Shown piece by piece: positions 52,261-64,000 of a stretch of DNA of 64,000 bases (the first letter of the stretch is position 1; each line of letters begins with the position of its first letter). The notes under the pieces were generated by a model that worked only from the letters and a program-made list of their open reading frames with translations, ran no database searches and had not been told where the DNA came from. A program made the translations under genes and the position numbers. Source of the DNA: Hypanus sabinus (Eukaryota); assembly GCF_030144855.1 (NCBI RefSeq), contig NC_082709.1, positions 65,658,001 through 65,722,000 of the forward strand. Direction: 5' to 3'.

Positions 52261-54529
52261 GAAAGCCCATGGTATTACAGGAAGGGCACTGGCAGGAGTT
52301 AAAGAGTGGGAATAAGAATGGCAGCCAATGACCAGTTGTGTCCCGCTAATGTCAGAATTGGGCTCATTACATTTTGTTATATGTAAATAGTCTGGATGAT
52401 AGAATTGATGGCTTTGTGGCAAAGTTTACAGATAATATGAAAGTAGGTGAAGGGACAGGTAGATTGAGGAAGCAGGGAATCTGCAGAAGGACGTATAGAT
52501 TGGAAGAAAGGGCGAGAAAGTGGCATATGGAATACAGAATAGGAAAGTGTCTGTTCATGCACTTAGAATGTTTCCCCTGGCCTTGCAATTTATTCCCTTA
52601 CCCATGCACTTTAACTGCCCTTTGACTCTTCGGCACCTACCTACACCAGGAATAATTCAATACTGATCACTCTTCTGAATTGCATTAACATCATCCTACA
52701 ACAGAGAACTTTCCTTATCAACAACCACAATGCCAGGTTTGGTACCATGAGTAAAGTTCTTCTCTTAATTTTGGCCTTTTATGGATCATTAATGTATTTC
52801 ACAAAAAGCTGCATTCGGCCTCTGAGTTGGAATGAGGAAGTGTTTTAGATGCTTACTGACATTTCGGAGTTAAGTTGCCTTTTTGTTCTGGACTCCTAAT
52901 GTTAGGAAATGAGATTTGGAAAACATTGAATCCTTTAGTCATTAACCTCTGCAATCAGATTATTCAATATTCCATATTGAAACAAACACCCAAGTTTCAC
53001 ACCACATTCAGGAACAGTTATCACCTTTCAACCATCAGGCTCCTGAACCAGTCATTTCACTCACCTCAACTCTGGACTGATTCCACAACCCATAGACTCA
53101 TTTTCAAGGGTCTACATCTTGTGTTCTCTGTTTGTTTATTTATTTACTTTTGTGTTTACAGTTTATCTTTTGCACATTGGTTGTCAGTCTTTGTGTATAT
53201 TTTTTCATTGATTCTATTGTATTCTACTGTGAATGCCTGCAAGAAAATGAATGTCAGGATAGTATATGATATTATATGTACAGTACTTTGATAATAAATT
53301 CACTTTGAACATTTCTGGCACACCACACGATAGTACACATACCCTTCATCCTTAATGGCTTGAAGCATAAAGGATCCTTAAATACACAGTCTTCTGATGT
53401 AAAGACAAGCATGCCTGACAAGGGCGTAAGAAATTACCCTTGTGGGCTCAAACCAATAAAGCTTGTTGAAGTATGAGGCACTGCATTCTGGATCTTGAAA
53501 ACAATTGTTCTTTTGCTGGAGGAGCTGCAGCCATTGTTGACTGGAATTAATACCGAGACCAAATAGGTTTAGTTGTAAAAGGTTGAATCTAGGTTTCTAT
53601 TGAGTAGAGAGGATTATGAAGAGATTGAATTGAGAGTGATTATTACAATTAAATGATTGGGTTGTTCACCTGTGTTAGCTGCATTTCCTCTGGCACTGGG
53701 AAGCATGAGCAAGGAGCAGAACACATTGTGAACCACGTTGTTCGAGAGGGGTGCCAGGAAGGAATCCACACACAGGAAGTAGTGGGAATTTAGAGATCCC
53801 CATCATTGGCCATGCCATTGTCTCAGAGTTACCATTAGGCAGAAAGTGCAGAAGCTATAAGTCCTAAGTCACCAGGTTAAAGAACAGCTACTTCCATTCC
53901 ACCATTCAGTTATCAATCCTAATCACTGTCTCAGTTTAGCAACACTGTGACAATGTGCACAGCATGGACATTTTTTGTTATAATTATGTTCTTTCTTGTA
54001 AATACTGTACAATTGTATATTATCATGTGTTATGTGTTGTGATGTTACTGAAAGAAAGTGCAAATACAAAGAGAAAAAAATAATAAATAAGCAAATAAAG
54101 GTTAAGAATGTGAGATGAAGAGTCATTGAAAGTGAGACCATAGGTTGTGGGAACAGTTCAGTGATGGGGTGTGAAGTTATCCCCTCTGGGTCAGGAGCCT
54201 GATGGTTGAATGGTAGTAACTCTCTGAACCTGGTGGTGTGAGTCTTGAGGCTCCTGCACCACCTTCCTGATGCAACATGAAGAAGAAAGTACGAACTGGG
54301 TGGTTGGGGGTCTCTGACAATGGATGCTGTTTTCCTACAACAGCACCTCATGTTGATGTGCTCAGAGTGGCGAGGGTTTTACCCATGATGGACTGGGCCG
54401 TGTCCACTACTTTTTGTAGGATTTTCTGTTCAAGGTCATTGCTGTTCCTATACCAGGCTGTGATGCAGCCAGTCAATATACTCCACCACACATCTATAGA
54501 AATTAGTCAAAGTTGCAGATGTAATCTGA

Positions 54530-55800
54530 ACCAGGTTATTATCACTGGCGTGTGACGTGAAATTTGTTAACTTAGCACCAGTAGCAGTTCAATGCAATAC
54601 ATAATATAGAAGAAAAAACCAAAATAAAATAATATTAAATAAATAAATTACAGTATATGTATATTGAATAGATTAAAAATCGTGCAAAGAACAGAAATAA
54701 AATATATATTAAAAAGTGAGGTGGTGTCCCAGGGTTCAATGTCCATTTAGGAATTGGATGGCAGAGGGGAAGAAGTTGTTCCTGAATCATAAGTCTGTGC
54801 CTTCAGACTTCTGTACCTCCTACCTGATAGTAATCCTGGGTGTTAGAAATCCTTAATAATGGATGCTGCCTTTCTGAGACACTGCTCCTTGAAAATGTCC
54901 TGGGTAATTTGTAAGCTGGTACCCAAGATGGAACAGACTAAATTTACAAACCTTGGCAGCTTCTTTTGGTCCTGTGCAGTAGCCCCCCCCCCCCCCCATA
55001 CCAGACAGCGATGCAGCCTGTCAGAATGCTCTCCATGGTACATCTATAGAAGTTTTTGAGTGTATTTGTTGACCTACCAAATCTTCTAACTCCTAATAAA
55101 GTATAGTTACTGTCTTGCCTTCTTTATAACTACATTGATATGTTGGGACCAGGTTAGATCCTCAGATCTGACACCCAGGAACTTGAAACTGCGCACTCTC
55201 TCCACTTCTGATACCTCTGTGAGGATTGGTATGTGTTCCTTCGTCTTGCTCTTCTGGAAGTCCACAATCAGCTCTTTCGTCTTAATGACGTTAAGAGCCA
55301 GGTTGTTGCTGCGACACCACTCCACTAGTTGGCATATCTCACTCCTGTACACTCTCTCGTCACCCCCTGAAATTCTACCAACAATGGTTGTATCGTCAGC
55401 AAATTTATAGATGGTATTTGAGCTATGGCCAGTCACAAAGTTATATGGAGTAGAGCAGTGGGCTAAGCACACACGCCTGAGGTATGCCAGTGTTGATCGT
55501 CAATGAAGAGGACATGTTATCACCAATCTGCACAGATTGTGGTCTTCCGGTTAGGAAGTCGAGGATCCAATTGCAGAGGGAGGTACAGAGGCCCAGGTTC
55601 TGTAACTTCTCAATCAGAATTGTGGAAGTGATGGCATTAAATGCTGAGCTATAGTTGATGAACAGCATCCTGACATAGGTGTTTGTGTTGTCCACGTGTT
55701 CTAAAGCCGTGTGAAGAGCCATTGAGATTACATCTGCTGTTGACCTATTGTGGCGATAGACAAATTGCAACGGGTCCAGGTCCTTGCTGAGGCAGGAATT
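54530..55800 (-). mobile_element. Rex1/Babar-type LINE RT fragment
   Basis: [53 protein letters not shown]. Confidence 0.9.
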
Positions 55801-56303
55801 CATTCTGAATTATGCCAAACTCCTAAGGAAGTAGAGGTGCTGCCATGCTTCCTTCATAATTGCACTTGTATGCTGGGCCCAGGACAGTTCCTCCAAAATA
55901 ACTTCTCCATCTTTGCTAACCCTCTCCTCTGATCCCTCAATGAGGATTGGTTCATGGACCTCTCCTGAAATCTATAATCAGCTCTTGGGTCTTGCTGACA
56001 TTGAGTAAGAAGTTGCTGTTATGACACCACTGAGCCAGATTTTCTACCCCTCTCCTCTTTGCTGATTTGTTACCCTTCAAATTTCCATCAGGTACAAGCC
56101 TAGCCTGTCTACCTTTTCCTCAGATAACCCACTCATTCCAGCTATGAGTCAAATAAATATTCTCCTGTATGTTCCAAAGCTGTTAATATCCTTTAAATAA
56201 GGAGACTTGTCCTGCGTCTCTCTCCAGATGTGAACTTGCCAATGCCCCATGAAATTGAGGCATAACATCTGTATTGTGTTCAATTCCCAAAACATTGACT
56301 GTT

Positions 56304-56341
56304 GTATCCTGAGGAAGGGTCTTGGCCCGAAACGTCGACTG
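56304..56341 (+). ncRNA. Minimal type I hammerhead ribozyme motif at the head of a short Penelope-derived element (56300-56440)
   Basis: TC-CTGAGGA-A-GGGTCTTGGCCC-GAAAC-GTC-GACTG; intact core, weak stem I. Confidence 0.7.
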
Positions 56342-56840
56342 TTTATTCATTTCCATGGATGCTGCCTGACCTGCTGAGTTCCTCCAGCATTTTGTCTGTG
56401 TTGTTTTGGATTTCCTGCATCTGCAGAATCTCTTGTGTTTAACATTATTCACTGTACTTGTAAACCGTGTACTAGAACAGCCCTCTGTTTCTCAAAACTC
56501 TGCAATCTCTTGCCAAAATAGTAAATTTCACTTTTTCCCATGTACTTCATTTGACAGATGTCTGCTCATCCATTTAACCTCTTGCAGCCTCTTTCTGTCC
56601 ACTTCACAACTTGTTTTCCAGCCTATTTTTGTGTCTTCAGGAAATTCTGCATCCATACTTTTAGTGGCTTCATCCATGTCTCCTAACTTTTGCCAGTTAG
56701 GAGACCCATTTACACCTATAGTTTATTGTAAGGCAATCAGTCTCCTATCCGCCCCTACGTATCTAATTAGATAGCACAAATAAAATGACTTCCCTTTCGC
56801 AAGACCGCACTGAATTTTCTGGACACCCTGCTATCATATA

Positions 56841-57574
56841 CACTGATTTTGGTTAATTGGGATGCATTGGAATGAGTGCATTTTGGCCCAATTAAGCAGC
56901 TGCGACAACTGGGTATAAAAAAAAGACAAACTACCATTTAACTGAGTAATATTTTAAGTTTTTAAATGAAATACAGAACAAATTAGAACATTACTAATAC
57001 TTTTAGAGTATTCTAATAATTATTGATGGAGGAATTCATCAGCAATGTTCCTATGATTGTAAATGAACAAAATCAGTGCAGACACCGAGTGTAGATAATG
57101 AACTGTCTTCATGCAGCGCATTAGATGACTGCATCCTCCAAATCTTCGTCTTTCAATGTAACCTTCAAGATGATTGTCGATATCTTCACAATTCCTAACT
57201 TGTTGAAGCAGTGAGATCGTTTCATTTTCACTCCCAGCCCTTTCTGGCATCTCCAAGCCTGAATGCTTGAAATGGTGGTGAACAAAACAGCTCTGAAATG
57301 TCTTACTGTGTATTTCTTGCCAACTATCAGTGACAAAAATCATTGCTTTTTGAACACAAACACACGCAACCGATGGCCCTAAGCACGGCGCACGTGACAG
57401 GTGCTAGTTAGAAACTGTTCGCCCATGGTTTCCTGCTCAAATTAAGAGGCATAGTGGCCCAAATAATCAAAGGGAATCCTGGCAATTTTCTTGTTTTTTT
57501 TTTCTTTTTAAGAGTTGTTCCAAATAACTGACTGCCCCACTTTAAGCAATGGCCCAATTAACCAGAATCCACTC
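56841..57574 (-). mobile_element. Tigger/pogo-like DNA transposon with both TIRs
   Basis: TA+CACTGATTTTGGTTAATTGGG ... CCCAATTAACCAGAATCCACTC+TA; WQEIHSKTFQSCF transposase C-terminal remnant. Confidence 0.8.
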
Positions 57575-58137
57575 TAGTTATTAATAAGAGCTCCAAATAG
57601 TTTCCCTGTGGTAGATGTTAAACTAACCGGCAGAGCTTTCTACTTTCCTCCCCATTCTGAATGAAATGGTTAGATTTGCTACTTTCTTATCTACCAGAAG
57701 TTTCATGGGAATTTCATGGGAAATGAAAACCAATGCATTAAGTATCTCATCTGCCACTTTTGAGACCCAGGGTCATATCAATCTGCAGCTCTAAGGATTT
57801 GCTCACTGCTGGTAGTAAACTTCACAGGTATCTTCCCATTTTATACCTATATCTGGATGTTACATATCCACTTGAATGAAAAGGAAACAAAATGCTTATT
57901 TAATTTGTTTACCAAACTCAACATTATGCAGCTCTGCTGTGAAAGGCACTTTATCAATGTAATTCATTTTATTTTTGCCATCAAGTAACATGTAGTGCAG
58001 GTAAACTTGTAAAGTGTTTTGCTGATTAGAGAAATTGTAAGGGACGTGAGAGAGTTTCTAAAGCAGCATCTGAATTCATATTCTTGGCAGTAGTAGAACT
58101 AAATTTATAATCAAACTCTTCTTTTGATTTATGACAG

Positions 58138-58183
58138 ATGTACAAAGGAATGAACACTTTGCAGAGATGACGGACAATGCCAG
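58138..58183 (+). CDS. ZDBF2: ZDBF2 46-nt exon, (D)VQRNEHFAEMTDNA(S)
   Basis: Pyrimidine tract plus gacag acceptor, CAG|GTAATT donor, open and in phase with the next exon. Confidence 0.7.
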
Positions 58184-58219
58184 GTAATTAGACAAATGTT
58201 GGGTTAAAAGGTTTTGGGA

Positions 58220-58770
58220 CTTCGAACATTATCTTTTGCATCTCTTATGGCTAGACGGTTAGTTCTTTTTAGGTGGAGAGATGTTGCCCCACCCACTCAT
58301 GCTCAGTGGCTTAAAGATATTATGTCCTGTTTAGACCTTAATTCGGACATAAAGTTTCATAAGGTGTAGGGACCTTTTCTTGAATATTTTCATAATTCCT
58401 CTTTAACAGTTTATCCATTTTTTTTGTACTACAATCCCTTACTCTTAGCCTTTTTTTCTGGTTAAGTTTTAAGTTTTTTGTTGTGAAATACATTATAGCT
58501 TAGGTAGTAGGTATTATAGTTTTTTTATATTTACAGCTCTGTGGTGACGAAAGCTCTGATTAACTTTTCATTACATTGTAATGGTAGGCTTGGAGTTTTG
58601 TAGTGGGAGGGCGGGGAGGATACTAACTTGGTATGATTTCATTTTGGGTGCTTTTTCTGCATTGTTATGAATTGTATATGAGACACGTTTGTTTTCGCAC
58701 TGTATAAATCTGCATTTTGTTGTGTTTTTTCTGTTGTAGTGTAGAAACATTAAAAAATAATTAAAAAAAA
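58220..58770 (+). mobile_element. 5'-truncated L1-type LINE with poly(A) tail and target-site duplication
   Basis: ARRLVLFRWRDVAPPTHAQWLKDIMSCL ORF2 C-terminus; TSD 58206-58219 / 58766-58779. Confidence 0.75.
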
Positions 58771-59169
58771 GTTTTGGGATTATTTGGGAGGTAATGCATA
58801 TCGGCTATGTACAACACATGATTAGAATGCCATTACTAAACCCAACAACAGATTGCTTGAGGAGAATTGGAAATCCATTAAGATATATTAAAGTGCTAAC
58901 CATCTTGAACCCATTGAGATTTAAGTTGGAATTCTCTGATTATACAAACATCAAAAGAACAAATAAATTCTTAAATGTGAGAAGTGACATTAAGAAAAAA
59001 GGGGTTATGAAAGAACAGAAGGAACATTATATTAAACATGGACATCATTGAGGTATATAAAAGGTCTTGGGAATTGCTGATGTGAAGATTGTACATAAAA
59101 CATTGCCCGGTGTAGTGCAAGTTTTAATATCTGTCCAACTCCGTCAGTATTCTGCTTTCCCCTTTGCAG

Positions 59170-59275
59170 CAGCAGTGAAGCATGTGCAGAGCAACCTATT
59201 CCAGAGAAACTCCCCATGCAGAGCAAACGGGGCTACTGTGCTTGCTGTCAGGAGCTGTACAACTGCCTGGAACAG
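59170..59275 (+). CDS. ZDBF2: ZDBF2 exon, SSEACAEQPIPEKLPMQSKRGYCACCQELYNCLEQ (first half of DBF4-type zinc finger)
   Basis: GYCxxC...YxxLEQ motif; ATG 59216 corresponds to human MQKRQGYC; CAG|GTGAG donor. Confidence 0.92.
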
Positions 59276-59924
59276 GTGAGGATTTCTTATGAGCTCAGCA
59301 ACTACTGTTATCCAGGACTGCATCTTGCTGTTGGTCTTACTATGAAAAAATAATTGAATGCAGCAATATTTATTTTCTTAGTTTAGTGTTGGCATGCTCA
59401 CTATCATTTGTAAATTGAAACTTCATTTAAGTGGCTTCAGTGCCTAATCCGGACTGTTAACAACCCATTCTAAGGGAACACTGCATGGTTAGAGGTCCTA
59501 TTTGTCACCTCTGCACCACCAGTATCAGACAGTAGAATGATCTCCCAGTATTTATGCCCACTGATACTAAAAAGACAGGTGTAACTTGGTGGTTTATCAA
59601 GTGAAACTCTGCAAACTGGTTCCCATACCTTCTTTATCACAATAATATCTGCTGTTTGGAAAAATAGGATTAAACACAGGGATATCCTGAGGTTGTAAAA
59701 GGGCAGCTGGTTTGTTAAAAATGTTTGAATAAGTTATGCAGATACAAATTCTCCTATTCCAACATTGAGAATAACAACTTTTCCTTATGTTCCTGGACAG
59801 CAGTTTGCTTATCCCCAAGAGGTACATGGATGTTGCTTTTCCTTTGGGAGGCTAAAGGGTGACATGAATGTGCCAACCTGAAGAGCTGAGTTGACACCTG
59901 CCAATCACTTCATCAGGACTCACT

Positions 59925-60270
59925 GGGGATCTCACTGAAACCCATCGAATATTCAAAAGTCTAGACAGAGTGGACGAGAAGAGGATGTTTTTTGTAGTGG
60001 GGGAGTTTAGGACCAGAGGGCACTGCCTCCGAATACAAGGACGTTTCTTTAATACAGATAAGGAATTTCTTTAGCCAGAGGGTGGCAAATCTGTGGAATG
60101 CATTGCCACAGATGCTTTGGGTATACTGAAAACAGAGATTGATAGGTTCTTCTTTAGTAAGGGCGTCAAAGGTTATAGGGAGAAGGCAGGAGAATGGGGG
60201 TTCAGAAGGATAATAAATCATGATTGAATGGTGGAGCAGGCTCAATGGGCTTAATTCTACTCCCTTGTCT
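59925..60270 (+). mobile_element. CR1 3' fragment
   Basis: GGGGATCTCACTGAAACC...TTCTTTAGCCAGAGGGTGG...TACTCC 3' end. Confidence 0.75.
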
Positions 60271-61311
60271 TGCAATCCAGAATTCTTGGCCCGAAAGGGC
60301 AGTGATAGAGAAGATGGGAACGAAAATGGTTGCCCTTGCAGACCCCAGGGATTAAATTGTCTTCTGCACTGTGACACGACCAGAGAGCTGTACCTTCAGA
60401 TTTATTTTCCACAGGAGATGTTTAGCTAAGTGCTGCCTGACCTGGGGTGGACACAAGGTTACTTAGGGTGGAGTGTTTAGATGTGCAAAAGATCAAAGAC
60501 CAAGAGGGGGGCATTGAGAAATTCTGTTGTGCCGTTTCTGGTGTTCAAGCCCCAGTCTCGATGCAGAAGTCTTTGCTAACAATAGTGTGTTGCTGATGGA
60601 TTGCTACGTGGCCTGAGGTGCCATTGTCTAGATGAATTTTTGCTCCCTCCATCGGGCTAGAAAGGCTTCAGATGGAAGAAACGGGCATTTCCCAAACTTA
60701 GCCCTTAAATATCTGTGGAAAGGTGCTGGGAGAAAATTGGCTGCAGTGTTTCCTGACTGAAATTCTCTTCCTCTTGTCCGGCACAAAGACCAGCGCAGGA
60801 TGAATGTTTGATAAGTTTTTGAAGCAGAGCTAATTCTTTGAATATTGTTGAACATTCCAAACCTGATATTAAGCCTGGATTCATGTACCTACTTCTCGGT
60901 TCACAGACTGATGTTGGATCTCTGCCAAATGGTAGAAAGTGTGGCACGGACATGAAGAAGGATCTAACTTTGGCAATGCACTTGGCAGATGGCTAATGTC
61001 TGGGCCCACAATTGCACCCCTCACAAGTGAAATGTTAATACAGGATACGTAGCAGTCTGTATCTATTGCAGAGCAAGTGAAAGGAAGCAAGATCAGGCTC
61101 TGTAGTTGATAAGATTGGGTAAACAGTCCGGAGGCTCTGTCCAGTGGCTTGTTTGACAGAGGGGCTTGGAGTGCTTGGTCCATCGAGTTACTTAGAGTGG
61201 ACTGCCTGCCCAGGATGATGGTAGGGGTTGGATAGGGGTGGGACGTAGGTCACAGTGGCATGTGAGCAATGTGGGGTCGATTTCCACTGACTGTGCTTTC
61301 TTTCGGTTCAG

Positions 61312-61439
61312 CACCTGCAGAGCACTCGGCACAAGCAGTCCGCCGGCGAGTCCCGGAATCAGCTGGTGGCAAAAAGCCTCATGGAGCGGTTCCTGCAGGA
61401 TGTGATACAGTACCATCCTTCCCGATACAAGGACAACAG
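61312..61439 (+). CDS. ZDBF2: ZDBF2 exon, HLQSTRHKQSAGESRNQLVAKSLMERFLQDVIQYHPSRYKDN
   Basis: 128 nt; HxxSxxH completes the C2H2 DBF finger; SLMERFLQDV is ZDBF2-specific. Confidence 0.94.
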
Positions 61440-62729
61440 GTAAAGGAGGGCAGCCATCTCATAACTCGTATTCCAATTTATTCATCACATGTACATCGAA
61501 ATGTACAGTGAACGGGTCATTCACAGCAACAACCAACACACCCAAGGATATGATGGGGACAGCCCACAATTGCTGCCACACGTTCCAGCGCCAACATAGC
61601 ATGTCCCTAACAACAACACGAGCAGCAACGACAGAACAAGACAACCACATCAAAACAAGCCTCTTTCCTATTAACTCTCTCTCTCTCTCACACACGCACA
61701 CGCACACCCCTCCCACCCCACCCCCCGGCCTCTGGGCCCCCAGTCCCTGGCCCTAAACTCTCAGTCACTGTGGGCCTCCAACCTCAATCCTCTGGCCTAG
61801 ACTTTGACTTGCCCTCTACTTCCAGATTCAGTCTTTGGTCTTCAACCATTCAGGCTCTCTACATCCAGAATTGCAGAGCTCTAGACCTTTGACAAGTGGT
61901 GTCTGGCTGCTATCTCAACCAGAATATGAATTGATTTTTTCACTGTGGATTTGTTAATTACTTCATCTTTGTAACAGCAAAGTCGGAACTGCATTGTAAC
62001 CTTAAGGTTCCATTTTTAAAACGGCAGTCAAGATTGCTTATCTAGTGGTGTCTCTGTAATAGCCCAGGGATATTTTCATATGTTATGGAATGATAATAGT
62101 GCTACTGGAACTTCCTATCTCTTGTCAAGACTTGCAATGGTTCTGGAGTATTCTGACAGTATCACAAGGTACAAGTTAAAAGCAAAATTCTTCTTTTCTC
62201 TTTTCAGTCCGCAATTGGTCACCTGATGGTCTTTGCATATAAACACTTTTGATCCCGAGTCTATAAATGATCCTGTGAAAAATCATGTCTTATTTTAGTA
62301 TTTATCTAACATCAGGCTCCAAAATGCAAGGCACAAAATGTTGGAAAAGTTCAGCGGCTCAGGCAGCATCTGTGGAGGAAATGAGCAGCGGATGTTCCTC
62401 CAGGTTTTTTGCTTGATTCTAGCATTTGCAGTCTCTCGTGTTTCAAAAATATTGACCATTTAATCTCTAAAGGACCTGGGGTAATGATTGTCAGCAAGTT
62501 TCCCCAAAGGTTATACCAGTGTGGAAAGGAAGGCAAGAAAGAGAAAAGGAAGAAACACAGATTTCTTCATGCAATGTCTGGTGCCATTTCCTGCAGGAGA
62601 AGGAGTTTTAAGAGGCAGGATTCTAACTGAAGTGGGGTGCTCAGTAAAAGACATTTCACTGTTGGATTGTGCATCAGGGTTGGGATACCAAAGTAATTTT
62701 TTTCTTTAAATCAAAGTACATAGGCTGAT

Positions 62730-63261
62730 TACCTCCTGTACCTCAAATTGGACACCGAGTGTATGTTCATGGTCTTCTGCTGCTGTAGCCCATCCACTTC
62801 AAGGTTTGACGCATCATGTGTTTAGAGATGCTCTTCTGCACATCACTGTTGTAACACATGTTAGGAGTTACTGTCACCTTCCTGTCAGCTCGAACCAGTC
62901 TGGCCATTCTTCTCTGACCTCTCTCATTAACAAGGCATTTTCACCCACAAATTGCTGCTCACAGGATGTTTTTTTTATTTTCACACCATTCTCTGTAAAC
63001 TCTATAGAGACAGTTGTGTGTGAAAACCTCAGAAGATCAGTTTCTGAGTTAGTCAAATGACCACATCTGGCACCAACAATCATTCCATGGTCAAAGTCAC
63101 TTGTAGCACACTTCTTCCCCATTCTGATGTTTGTTCTGAACAATAGCTGAACCTGGTGACCATGCCTGCATGCTTTTATGCATTGAGTTGCTGCGACACA
63201 ATTGGCTGATTAGGTATTTGCATTAACAAGCAGGGGTACCTAATAAAGTGGCCAATCAGTG
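62730..63261 (-). mobile_element. Tc1-derived non-autonomous element
   Basis: GTACCTAATAAAGTGGCCAATCAGTG terminus; MGKKCATSDFDHGMIVGAR HTH N-terminus. Confidence 0.8.
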
Positions 63262-63686
63262 CAGTGTATCGCATCATATGCTACCTTGAGATTCATTTTC
63301 TTACAGGAATTCACAGGAAAAACAAAAATGTGATAGAATTTATGAAAAGAACAAAGACAGACAAACGTGCAATGTGCAAATGAAGACAAATTGTGCAAAT
63401 AAAAATAATAAATAGATTTTTTTTAAAAAACTGAATGTGTTGTAAAGTTCTTGAAATGCAGAACCAGCTAAGTGTTCAGATGAATGAAGTCACCCATGCC
63501 GATTCAGGAGCCTGGTGGTTGTAGGGTAATAACTGCTCTTGAATGAGGTGGTGTGAGACCGAGGGCTCCTGTCTAGTCATACCAACTTGTTGTACCAATC
63601 TTCCCTGCTAGATGGTCTTAATTCTGATGACAGAAGTGTTTAAATTTTCTAATGTGCTAATGTTCGTTTTGTTTTGTTTCACACAG

Positions 63687-64000
63687 GCCAACCTACATGG
63701 ACCTACCGTCAGTCAGCGCCCCACTGATTCCTAGAAAGGAGCTTGCAGACATACACTCCTACCAGGACGACAAGGAGACTGTTGGGACCAGAGAGGAGTT
63801 GCCGAGCACAGATAACGAGTCTGTCCAGTCAGCGCATGCGTTCGGTGGAAAAAACATCGCTGACTGCCGCCAGACCAGAGACACCAATGTACCTTCCGTG
63901 CCTGTTGGACACCCAACGAGTAGTAAAGTCACCGGAGTTGGAGAGCCAGCATCTGAAGAGCAGGTTGAAGTCAGCTTGCCTTCCTTTAAAGGGTTATGTA
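63687..64000 (+). CDS. ZDBF2: Start of the large ZDBF2 exon (RPTYMDLPSVSAPLIPRKELADIHSYQDDKETVGTREELPSTDNESVQ...), truncated by window edge
   Basis: Strong acceptor, phase matches previous exon, open to the window end. Confidence 0.85.

Larger units (their letters stand above)
49700..52560 (+). mobile_element. Fragmented CR1 LINE interrupted by younger insertions (about 49985-50685 and 51735-52260)
   Basis: Endonuclease, linker and RT remnants collinear with 17500-18445; LYVNSLDDRIDGFVAKFTDN. Confidence 0.75.

Overview
Vertebrate nuclear DNA, most likely a cartilaginous fish (ray-like, judged from HE1/V-SINE, CR1, Rex1 and Penelope repeat content; inference). It holds three spliced genes. 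(1) The 5' half of NDUFS1 on the minus strand: a non-coding first exon near 22.6 kb plus nine coding exons running off the left edge. (2) A complete EEF1B2 on the plus strand (225 aa, seven coding exons), head-to-head with NDUFS1 across a CpG-rich bidirectional promoter that carries a 31-bp tandem repeat; EEF1B2 hosts two SNORD51-like C/D snoRNAs. (3) The 5' part of ZDBF2 on the plus strand: DBF4-type zinc finger, CpG-island promoter near 38 kb, large exon running off the right edge. GPR1/CMKLR2, which lies between EEF1B2 and ZDBF2 in human, is not visible. The rest is decayed transposable elements. The most notable signal is two different Penelope-like retroelement families carrying minimal hammerhead ribozyme motifs (best copies at 52190-52229 and 56304-56341), one inside an inverted pseudo-LTR structure. 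Exon coordinates were read from splice sites and reading frame. Repeat boundaries are approximate, and homology calls and human comparisons come from recall, not database searches.
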